DNA from: a virus | Taxonomy: Duplodnaviria > Caudoviricetes | DNA length: 64,000 bases | IMG/VR virus record: IMGVR_UViG_3300022591_000002 | Reading direction: 5' to 3' (one strand) | Shown: piece after piece, positions 18,117 to 25,820 of the stretch | Numbering within the stretch: position 1 is the stretch's first letter | Layout: each line of letters begins with the position of its first letter | Made by a program: the position numbers and the translations under genes | The notes under the pieces: model-generated | What the model saw: only the letters and a program-made list of their open reading frames with translations | Told to the model about the DNA's origin: nothing | Database searches by the model: none

Positions 18117-18581
18117 ATGATTTTCAATAAAATAAAAGCACTCAAAGCGGAAGGTAAAAGAATTGGCATCACATTTAGCCAATTTGATATGTTACATGCA
18201 GGCCATATTGCCATGCTAAGTGAAGTTAAGAATCATTGCGATTACCTAATTGCAGGATTACAAAACAATGCTCAATGGGACCGTCCAGAAAAGAACGCAC
18301 CTATTCAAAGTATTGTTGAACGACAAATACAATTAAGTGCTGTTCGTTATGTAGACGAAATTGTAGTTTACAATACCGAAAAGGACTTAGAAGACATCTT
18401 GCTAACTCTACCAATTGATGTTAGAATATTAGGTGTAGAGTATAAAGAAAAAGAATTTACAGGTAAAAATATCTGTAATGCTAGAGGAATTGAAATTATT
18501 TACAACGGACGAGACCATAGTTTTAGTTCAAGCAGTCTACGTAAACGAGTAGTACAAGCGGAGAAAGAAAAGAATGGATAG
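18117..18581 (+). CDS. TagD-like (glycerol-3-phosphate) cytidylyltransferase, HIGH superfamily
   Basis: ITFSQFDMLHAGH, DYLIAGL, ER..QL.AVRYVDE, SSSSLR. Confidence 0.8.
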   Translation: MIFNKIKALKAEGKRIGITFSQFDMLHAGHIAMLSEVKNHCDYLIAGLQNNAQWDRPEKNAPIQSIVERQIQLSAVRYVDEIVVYNTEKDLEDILLTLPIDVRILGVEYKEKEFTGKNICNARGIEIIYNGRDHSFSSSSLRKRVVQAEKEKNG

Positions 18582-18759
18582 ATATTGTGATACATGTATG
18601 CGAAACATAACACCCGATTGCGATTGGAATCAAGGTCGTTGCCCGCATCGTGAACCCCCAATTGACGTTAGTCAGTATCAGGCAAGATTTTATAATCTGC
18701 TAAAGGCAATTAAAAACTTTTTTACAAAGGATGACTGCAACTGCGGTCATAAACACTAA
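18574..18759 (+). CDS. small Cys-rich hypothetical protein
   Basis: CDTC...C...C; coupled to neighbouring ORFs. Confidence 0.55.
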   Translation: MDRYCDTCMRNITPDCDWNQGRCPHREPPIDVSQYQARFYNLLKAIKNFFTKDDCNCGHKH

Positions 18760-18953
18760 TGGATATTCAACCAAAAGACACAAGCAAGGGACATTTTTAC
18801 ATCAGCCTAGCCAAGAGCTTTATTCGTATTGTGGCAGGTGTATGTTTAGTGCTAGTTGATGTAGAGCCAGCGACTACTATCTCCTTTATTAAGACAGCCG
18901 GAGCATTGTTAATTGCCGCTGAGGTATTAGGTATTTTAGAGGAACTGGTATAA
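18759..18953 (+). CDS. small membrane protein
   Basis: Two hydrophobic segments; TAATG coupling. Confidence 0.6.
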   Translation: MDIQPKDTSKGHFYISLAKSFIRIVAGVCLVLVDVEPATTISFIKTAGALLIAAEVLGILEELV

Positions 18954-19279
18954 TGGCAGGTAAAGGAAGCAGGCGGAGACCTACTCGTATTTCAAAGGAA
19001 GTAGCAGATGCAAACTATGAAACTATCTTTGGCAAATACGTTCCGCCATATTTAAGAAGATCAACAGAGGAAAAAGAAATGCAAGTAAGAGCAAATCCAG
19101 AAGGTAAAATTGGTACGTGTGGTTGCGGTCGTTCACCAACAGGTGATTGTATCGGCTGGCATGGCCTAAATGAAGAACAGTTAACAGAAGCCAAGCGTAA
19201 ATGGGACTTGGACCAATACGCTAAACAAGCACAAGAAACTTGGAATGACAGTTGCACAACGCCAAGAAAGGCTGACTAA
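18953..19279 (+). CDS. protein with CDGSH-like (Cys3His) Fe-S/Zn motif
   Basis: CGCGRSPTGDCIGWH; N-terminal AGKGSRRRP basic peptide. Confidence 0.6.
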   Translation: MAGKGSRRRPTRISKEVADANYETIFGKYVPPYLRRSTEEKEMQVRANPEGKIGTCGCGRSPTGDCIGWHGLNEEQLTEAKRKWDLDQYAKQAQETWNDSCTTPRKAD

Positions 19280-20202
19280 TGAAAGAATTATGGACTGAAA
19301 AGTACCGTCCCAAGACAGTAGACGGATATGTGTTTGCAGACGAGAATCAGCGTCAGCAGGTATCTACTTGGATCAAAGACAAGTCAATTCCGCACTTACT
19401 GTTAAGCGGTAGTCCAGGCATTGGCAAAACTACTCTAGCAAAACTAATCCTTAATGAGATTGGTATTGAAGAATACGACATTCTAGAAATTAACGCATCA
19501 CGTGATAACGGTGTTGATTTCCTTAAGAGCAAGATTTTGAGCTTTGCTCAAATGATTCCATTTGGTCCATTTAAGGTTATTTTGCTAGATGAGGCAGATT
19601 ACTTGTCGTTAAACGCACAGGCTGTCTTACGTGGCGCTATGGAAGAATATGCGGACACAGCACGTTTCATTCTAACTTGTAACAGTAAGCAAAAGATTAT
19701 GGAAGCAGTCCGTAGTCGTTGTCAACACTTTCACGTTGAGAAAACTGATCAAGTAGAATATACAGCTCGTGTTGCTACAATTCTAGTAACTGAAGAAGTT
19801 GAGTTTGATTTAGACACACTAGACACGTTTGTTAAGATTGCGTATCCAGACTTGCGTAAGTGTATTAACCTAATCCAACAAAACGTCTATGAAGGCAAAT
19901 TAACATTGCCTAGTGCTAGTACCAGCACAGGCGATGGCGACTACAAAGTTGAAATGGTTAATTTGTTTAAGAAGGGCGCAATTCAAGAAGCACGTAAACT
20001 ATTGTGTTCACGAGCTCGCCCAGAAGAGATGGAAGAAATCTATCGCTGGATGTATGACAACTTAGATTTGTTTGGTAAGACAGAAGAACAAAAAGACTCT
20101 GCACTTATCATTATCAAACAGGGCTTGTTGGACAATGGCATCATTGCTGATCCAGAAATCAACTTGGCCGCAACAATGGTTAAACTTGCACGTCTGCAAT
20201 GA
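19279..20202 (+). CDS. sliding-clamp loader ATPase subunit (gp44/RFC-like)
   Basis: LWTEKYRP, GSPGIGKT, EINAS, ILLDEAD, SRCQ sensor motif. Confidence 0.92.
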   Translation: MKELWTEKYRPKTVDGYVFADENQRQQVSTWIKDKSIPHLLLSGSPGIGKTTLAKLILNEIGIEEYDILEINASRDNGVDFLKSKILSFAQMIPFGPFKVILLDEADYLSLNAQAVLRGAMEEYADTARFILTCNSKQKIMEAVRSRCQHFHVEKTDQVEYTARVATILVTEEVEFDLDTLDTFVKIAYPDLRKCINLIQQNVYEGKLTLPSASTSTGDGDYKVEMVNLFKKGAIQEARKLLCSRARPEEMEEIYRWMYDNLDLFGKTEEQKDSALIIIKQGLLDNGIIADPEINLAATMVKLARLQ

Positions 20203-20870
20203 TTAGATTTACCCCAGTACCATTAACCCAGCATGATGCTTTGTTGGGTCCAGACTTTAGTAAAAACTTTGAAGCAGAAATGAAGGAGTACTATGCTCCT
20301 TTCATTAAAAAGAATCGTAAGTTACAGGTAGCTAAAGAAACCTGGGAGTACGGAGTAGCTGATAGTATTCCCGGAGCAGACTGGATCGGTAGTGGTAATA
20401 GTGTTGTTGATGTTAAGGCTCCTGCTTGTGATCTAGATGTCAAAGGCATTAGTGTAGACAAGCTAGGCAAAGAAACAACTGAAGCAAGTTTCCTGCAGAA
20501 CCTTAAGAAGGGTGCTAACGGTTACAGCGTTGCTTGGGAAAACAGAGACTGGGCAAGTCTTAAAAAGATCTTTGTCGATCCGTTGACTCCTAAACATACT
20601 GGATTAAACAATCTGCACTTGTTGGCCATTGTTCGTACTAAAGACGACAATGGAGTACACTATGCACTACTTAAGATAGATCACACTACATTAACCGACA
20701 CACAGTTTATTAGTGAAATGGTTCAACAAGCAGAAAGCGGTGTAGATCTTCCTATGATTGATCCCAAGTACGGACGTACCTATATTTGTATTAGTAAGCG
20801 CAGATTAGAAATTAGGCTTGATACAGCAGGAATGGCTCCATTCCTAAAGTTCTCACACTACTCAAAGTGA
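20199..20870 (+). CDS. hypothetical protein, possible PD-(D/E)xK restriction-endonuclease-like
   Basis: E..W...G.GNSVVDV...DLDVKG...TEASFLQ arrangement resembles type II REase catalytic cores; pattern only, not a database hit. Confidence 0.4.
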   Translation: MIRFTPVPLTQHDALLGPDFSKNFEAEMKEYYAPFIKKNRKLQVAKETWEYGVADSIPGADWIGSGNSVVDVKAPACDLDVKGISVDKLGKETTEASFLQNLKKGANGYSVAWENRDWASLKKIFVDPLTPKHTGLNNLHLLAIVRTKDDNGVHYALLKIDHTTLTDTQFISEMVQQAESGVDLPMIDPKYGRTYICISKRRLEIRLDTAGMAPFLKFSHYSK

Positions 20871-20914
20871 AACCGCACATTCCACGATTGCAGGTCGGAT
20901 TGAATGTGCGGTTT
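20870..20914. terminator. long hairpin between convergent genes (likely bidirectional terminator or processing site)
   Basis: Perfect 13-bp arms AAACCGCACATTC (20870-20882) / GAATGTGCGGTTT (20902-20914). Confidence 0.6.
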
Positions 20915-20938
20915 GGTGTTTGTTAGTGTATGGGTGAA

Positions 20939-21682
20939 TTACTCGTTATCGAGCTCCTTATAGATTGATAATACCTCTTTGACCACTGGGTGACGTTCGA
21001 TGTCTTTAGTCTCAAACCTTACCATCGCAATCATACGATAATCACCTCCTTGGCCGTATAATTCGCAAAATTGTAGCAAGCCGTTCTCTTTAGGACGGTC
21101 CGCTTGAGCTAAGTCTCCAGTTACCACCATTCTGCTACCCTCGCCTAAACGAGTTAGTAACATCTTCATCTGGCTAGGTGTAGCATTTTGCATTTCATCT
21201 GCAACAATGAAAGCGTTCTTAAATGTACGACCACGCATGTATGCCAGCGGTGATATTTCGATTACTCCTTCTTCTAGCATTTCTGCTATTTGTTTTGTGT
21301 GATAATACTCTTGGAATACGTCCATAATGGGCTTAGTCCAAGGTTCCATCTTTTGGTTCAATGTTCCTGGTAGGAAACCGTGCTCTTCGTCAACGGACAC
21401 AGCTGGCCTAGTAATTACAATCTTATCAATCACCCCCTCTTTGAATAGTTTGATGGCCATTTGAACACCCAACATTGTTTTACCCGTGCCCGCAGGCCCG
21501 ATAGCAAATGTAATGTATTTCTTGGGATTTTTTAGCAGTTCGATATACTTTTCCTGGTTTAGAGACCTAGGAACGATATTTACCTGCTGATGCTTTTTAA
21601 AGTACTGCTTTAATTCGATTAAGTTATTTTGACTTTCGTCATTACGAGCGTTAACTCGTTGTTTTTGCTTAAATCTTGACAA
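20939..21682 (-). CDS. phoH: PhoH-like ATPase
   Basis: GPAGTGKT, ITRPAV, GFLPG, PLAYMRGRT, DEMQN, VTGD..Q, RHP; TTG start with GGAGGT RBS. Confidence 0.93.
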   Translation of the reverse strand: MSRFKQKQRVNARNDESQNNLIELKQYFKKHQQVNIVPRSLNQEKYIELLKNPKKYITFAIGPAGTGKTMLGVQMAIKLFKEGVIDKIVITRPAVSVDEEHGFLPGTLNQKMEPWTKPIMDVFQEYYHTKQIAEMLEEGVIEISPLAYMRGRTFKNAFIVADEMQNATPSQMKMLLTRLGEGSRMVVTGDLAQADRPKENGLLQFCELYGQGGDYRMIAMVRFETKDIERHPVVKEVLSIYKELDNE

Positions 21683-21717
21683 ATCTAACCTCCGTTAGTT
21701 AGGACGACCTGCAATGA

Positions 21718-21723
21718 TATTTA
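21718..21723 (-). promoter_or_regulatory. late-promoter core TAAATA for phoH
   Basis: TGTAAATA on minus strand, divergent from the late promoter at 21769. Confidence 0.45.
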
Positions 21724-21768
21724 CATGGAATCCAAAAAACAGTAATGAAACGGTAGAATTTTAAATCG

Positions 21769-21776
21769 TATAAATA
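21769..21776 (+). promoter_or_regulatory. T4-type late promoter TATAAATA
   Basis: Exact motif 21 nt before ATG 21798. Confidence 0.65.
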
Positions 21777-21797
21777 TTATCATACAAGAGAACCCTT

Positions 21798-22373
21798 ATG
21801 CACGATATCGTAGACGTAATTAAAAACATAGAAACTCTAACTATCAATGATTCAGCTTTCAAGATCCTAAAGGATTTTGAGCGAGTATTAGATGAGTTGG
21901 ATTTGTATGTATATCAAAATTGGGAAGAAGGCGAGCTATTAGCAGGACCTGCTGTTAGTCGTTATCACGTTGAATGTAAATTCATGTGGCCCTATGAAGA
22001 AATGCCAGACCCAGTCGGCGGTGAGCGTTTGCTCGATTACGGCTGTAAAGTATCATACGCAAAAGAAAAAGTCCTAGTACCACGCAAGGTACGTAAACCG
22101 GATGACTTCCGTCCTGGTACAAAGAAAGGTAAGATTGATGCACATCCTATTTGGGTTGTTACTATCAGCATGCCTAAGAAACTAATGCAGGATATATTCC
22201 AAGGGTACGAACGTAACCTACACGATCAAATGGCTGATCATATGATGCCAATTGAAAACGAAGGTATATCAGCAGGTAATGCCGCACAGGGTTTGCTTAA
22301 CCCAGCGCCAGCAGAAGCCGCAATGCCAGACGCAACAGCAGGAGGAGATGCAGGTGCACCACCAGCCGCTTAA
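21798..22373 (+). CDS. hypothetical late protein
   Basis: 191-aa ORF behind a late promoter; DFERVLDELDLYVYQNW, MPDPVGGERL motifs. Confidence 0.7.
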   Translation: MHDIVDVIKNIETLTINDSAFKILKDFERVLDELDLYVYQNWEEGELLAGPAVSRYHVECKFMWPYEEMPDPVGGERLLDYGCKVSYAKEKVLVPRKVRKPDDFRPGTKKGKIDAHPIWVVTISMPKKLMQDIFQGYERNLHDQMADHMMPIENEGISAGNAAQGLLNPAPAEAAMPDATAGGDAGAPPAA

Positions 22374-23115
22374 TGAAGGGCTCCGCAGAGGAGACTTAAA
22401 AGATTCCGTAGAACCAATTTTTACTATTGACCAGTTCAAGAGTAAGATGGGTGCGGACCAAGACGTTATTGTTATGCGTTTCCGTTGTGCTGAAAAAATG
22501 CCAGCAACTGACTTGATGGAGTTTATCGAGAAAGGTTACGCATACGTGCTTGACGCAGATATTAGTCAAGGCGAAGAGAAAGATGGCAAGTATAGTGTAT
22601 TCGTTGAATTAGAACGTACACAACATGCGGCCACTCAAATGAAAGAAATACTAGAAGGTGTTGGACAACTGTGCAATAACACTGAATGGAAATTTCGTTT
22701 CCATAGAGATCACACTAGCAAAGAGTTTAGTGAAGATGCTATCTTGGAAGCAGTACCATTAACACCAGAAGATTATCAAACACGTTTGACAGAAATTCAA
22801 ACACCAAATGTAAACGCAGAAGTAAATGAATTCTTTGATCAAGGTGCATTAGATAATGTAACTGTTGACGAAGATAACACAGTTACTTTTAGCAAATCAT
22901 ACGCTGGTGATTTTATTGCCACTCTAGAAGAAATTGGTGATTACGATACACTTAAAGAAAGTCTACGTGGCGGTATTGCACTAGATGATCAAAGTCGCAG
23001 TCAAACAGTATGGCTTAACAAGTTCTTAGGCAATTACGATATAAACAAAATAGCAGGAAAGTTTTTAGTTCGAAACGGTAACAGAGCAGTTATTTTATCG
23101 AAGGATAATTGGTAA
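22348..23115 (+). CDS. hypothetical late protein
   Basis: Long ORF (track start 22252; ATG 22348 more plausible); IDQFKSKMGAD, FIEKGY..VLDADIS. Confidence 0.7.
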   Translation: MQVHHQPLNEGLRRGDLKDSVEPIFTIDQFKSKMGADQDVIVMRFRCAEKMPATDLMEFIEKGYAYVLDADISQGEEKDGKYSVFVELERTQHAATQMKEILEGVGQLCNNTEWKFRFHRDHTSKEFSEDAILEAVPLTPEDYQTRLTEIQTPNVNAEVNEFFDQGALDNVTVDEDNTVTFSKSYAGDFIATLEEIGDYDTLKESLRGGIALDDQSRSQTVWLNKFLGNYDINKIAGKFLVRNGNRAVILSKDNW

Positions 23116-23612
23116 TGCATCAAATATATTGGATGATCAGTTTAATACCTGATAGCGTTCTAATTTGGATTTACGGCTTGTTGTTCACAGGAGGTATTAC
23201 TCTATACCTTGGCAGTAAATTGTTTAGAATGTTCCCATTCAAGTATATTCCTTTTGTAGGACAGTATCCACTGTTGTCCGAAGTAGGCGGAGTTGTTCTA
23301 ATGGTATTCAGTGCTATGCTCTACGGTGGATTTGCTAATGAAATGGAATGGCGTGCCAAAGTAGCAGAACTAGAAGCAAAGGTTGCCATCAGCGAACAAA
23401 AGTCTAAAGATGCTAACGTACAGATTAGAACTAAGATAGTTGAAAAGATTAAAAAAGTTAAAGAAGTACAAGTTGTTATTAAAGAACGTATTGTAAAAGA
23501 TGCCGCCAAAATGGATGCAGAATGTAAAGTTGCTCCCGAAGCAATTAGTATTTTAAATGATTCTGCTAAGAACCAAAAAGGGTCTGTTACAATTGAAGGA
23601 GTTAATAAATGA
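23115..23612 (+). CDS. Rz-like inner-membrane spanin
   Basis: N-terminal TM helices followed by a coiled-coil; ATGA overlap with a lipoprotein gene. Confidence 0.65.
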   Translation: MHQIYWMISLIPDSVLIWIYGLLFTGGITLYLGSKLFRMFPFKYIPFVGQYPLLSEVGGVVLMVFSAMLYGGFANEMEWRAKVAELEAKVAISEQKSKDANVQIRTKIVEKIKKVKEVQVVIKERIVKDAAKMDAECKVAPEAISILNDSAKNQKGSVTIEGVNK

Positions 23613-23878
23613 AAAAACTATTAGCTCTACTTCCAGTGTTGATGCTTGCAGGTTGTTTATCCGACGTCCCAGTAGCAAGACACTTTCCAGAAGTACCACA
23701 GGAATTATTAACAGCATGTCCTGATTTAAAATTAGTTGACCCAAACACTACAAAACTAAGCGAAGTAGTTGGCGTAGTAGCAGACAACTATGGGCAGTAT
23801 CATGAATGTCGAATCCAAGTCGATGGATGGATCGAATGGTACAAAACGCAAAAGGATATATTTGACAGCGTAAAGTAG
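23609..23878 (+). CDS. Rz1-like outer-membrane lipoprotein spanin
   Basis: Lipobox LAGC after signal peptide MKKLLALLPVLM; Pro-rich, with conserved Cys. Confidence 0.72.
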   Translation: MKKLLALLPVLMLAGCLSDVPVARHFPEVPQELLTACPDLKLVDPNTTKLSEVVGVVADNYGQYHECRIQVDGWIEWYKTQKDIFDSVK

Positions 23879-23901
23879 TACACTAAAAAGGAGCGATTTA
23901 A

Positions 23902-24444
23902 ATGTCAGAAGAGTACAACGCAATGAGCGACAGTGAAAAGAAAAAAGAAGATTGGATGAATTCAAAATGGCGTCCAATGATGGGTTGGTTATATATGGGC
24001 GTCTGCGCATTTGACTTTGTAGTGTTTCCAATACTATGGTCATTGCTACAGGCTGTTATGCATGCCACTCAAATGACACAATGGCAACCATTAACATTAC
24101 AAGGTGCTGGTTTATTCCACATCGCAATGGGTGCTGTTTTAGGTATTGCGGCAATGGGCCGTACACAGGAAAAACTAGCAGGAGCGAACAATGGCGGCAT
24201 CTCAACCCCAGCACCAAGCGGCTTTACAGCACCTAGCACACCTTCGTCAGGATTTGGTGCATCGACAGGGGGCTTCAGCTCTCCAGCACCAGCCGCAAGT
24301 AGCTTTGGCGGAAGCGGGTTTGGAAGCACACCTGCGCCAGCACCAGCGCCAACAACAAGTCCTGGATTTGGAGGCGGCTTTGCTCCACCAAGCCCAACAA
24401 GCAGTGGATCCAAAATAGCGCCACCGGCGTTTCCTCCAATCTAA
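23902..24444 (+). CDS. holin (GTA 3TM-holin-like) with low-complexity C-terminal tail
   Basis: KWRPMMGWLYMGVC.FDFVVFP...FHIAMGAVLG...GRTQEK; adjacent to spanins. Confidence 0.65.
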   Translation: MSEEYNAMSDSEKKKEDWMNSKWRPMMGWLYMGVCAFDFVVFPILWSLLQAVMHATQMTQWQPLTLQGAGLFHIAMGAVLGIAAMGRTQEKLAGANNGGISTPAPSGFTAPSTPSSGFGASTGGFSSPAPAASSFGGSGFGSTPAPAPAPTTSPGFGGGFAPPSPTSSGSKIAPPAFPPI

Positions 24445-24454
24445 TAATCAAAGA

Positions 24455-24484
24455 TTGACATAGCCAGGCAACTCGTAGTATAAT
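24455..24484 (+). promoter_or_regulatory. sigma70-type promoter for the dnaJ-def-clpA operon
   Basis: TTGACA-18nt-TATAAT, embedded in an inverted repeat. Confidence 0.7.
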
Positions 24485-24513
24485 TACTATATTACAGTTG
24501 CCTATTTCTACGA

Positions 24514-25329
24514 ATGGACTATTACAATACTTTAGGCGTCCCAAAAGACGCATCAGAATCAGATATTAAAAAGGCTTATCGCTCAAAAGCGATGAAGCAC
24601 CATCCTGACCGCGGTGGTGATCCAAAAGTGTTCCAGGATATCCAGGCCGCATACGATACACTAAGCGATCCGCAAAAACGACAGGAGTACGATAACCCAC
24701 AACCACAATATGGTAATATGGGCGGTGATCCTTTTGCAGGTCAAGGTGTTCCTCCAGGCTTTGAAGATGTGTTTAAATTCTTTGGCGGTGGTAATCCTTT
24801 CTTTAGAGCAAGTATGCCACGAAACAGAAACGTACAGTTACAGGCCGCAGTTACACTAGAAGATGCGTTCCACGGTAAAGAACTAGTAGTCAATGTTCGC
24901 TTGCCTAGCGGTAGAGAGCAAATGATCAATGTCAAAGTTCCTGCCGGTGTACAAGATGGTGTCAATTTGCGTCTAGCAGGTATGGGAGATGACAGCGTAC
25001 AAAATGCACCACGTGGTGATGTTATTGTACATATAGCAATTATTCCACATCCTAGATTTGTGCGTCAAGGTGATGATCTTATTCAAGAAATTACTATTAA
25101 CGCAATTGAAGCAATGTTAGGTAAGGATATTACTATTGACACTATTGATGGTAAACAATTTACAGGCAATATTCCAGCTGGAACACAACCAGATGCAGTA
25201 CTAGGTATAGGCGGACTGGGAATGCCAAATATGAACAACACTTCTATTAGAGGTCGTATGTTACTCAAAATAAAAATAACTGTACCTATACTTGATCTAC
25301 GTCAACGAGAATTACTGAAAGCATTATGA
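24514..25329 (+). CDS. dnaJ: DnaJ-class chaperone (J domain + C-terminal domain, no Zn finger)
   Basis: DYYNTLGV, HHPDRGGD (HPD motif), G/F-rich linker, DnaJ_C motifs. Confidence 0.92.
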   Translation: MDYYNTLGVPKDASESDIKKAYRSKAMKHHPDRGGDPKVFQDIQAAYDTLSDPQKRQEYDNPQPQYGNMGGDPFAGQGVPPGFEDVFKFFGGGNPFFRASMPRNRNVQLQAAVTLEDAFHGKELVVNVRLPSGREQMINVKVPAGVQDGVNLRLAGMGDDSVQNAPRGDVIVHIAIIPHPRFVRQGDDLIQEITINAIEAMLGKDITIDTIDGKQFTGNIPAGTQPDAVLGIGGLGMPNMNNTSIRGRMLLKIKITVPILDLRQRELLKAL

Positions 25330-25820
25330 ATATAGTTAAGTTTCCAAATGACATACTGCGCGAGCAGATGCCTGAATTTGATTTTAAAAATCCAACCGAA
25401 GATCCTGTACAATTAGAGCAGGAGATGTTACAATTAATGTACGCAATGGACGGGATTGGCCTAGCCGCTAATCAAGTTGGCAAGCGTGTTCGTATGTTTG
25501 TAATGGGCCATAGGACTAATCCAGAAGAAGGAATGGCTTTCTTTAATCCAATGGTTATAGCAAATACGGATGATGTAGATGATCTGGAAGAAGGGTGCTT
25601 GAGTTTTCCAGGGGTCTTTGTTAATATAAAAAGACCCAAAGCAATAAAGGCTCGCTGGCAAAATTCCAAAGGGGAATTTATAGAAGGCGAATTTAGCGGT
25701 TATGAATGTAAATGCTTTTTGCACGAATTAGACCACTTAGAGGGTATTGTTTTCAAAGACAGAGTAAGTACTTTAAAGTGGGCGATGAGTGTAAAGAAAG
25801 CTAAAAAGGAAAGGAAATAA
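25326..25820 (+). CDS. def: peptide deformylase
   Basis: GIGLAANQVG, EGCLSFPG, HELDHLEG. Confidence 0.95.
   Translation: MNIVKFPNDILREQMPEFDFKNPTEDPVQLEQEMLQLMYAMDGIGLAANQVGKRVRMFVMGHRTNPEEGMAFFNPMVIANTDDVDDLEEGCLSFPGVFVNIKRPKAIKARWQNSKGEFIEGEFSGYECKCFLHELDHLEGIVFKDRVSTLKWAMSVKKAKKERK

Noticed and set aside
24455-24503. CIRCE/HrcA operator before dnaJ
   Set aside because: The inverted repeat does not match TTAGCACTC-N9-GAGTGCTAA.
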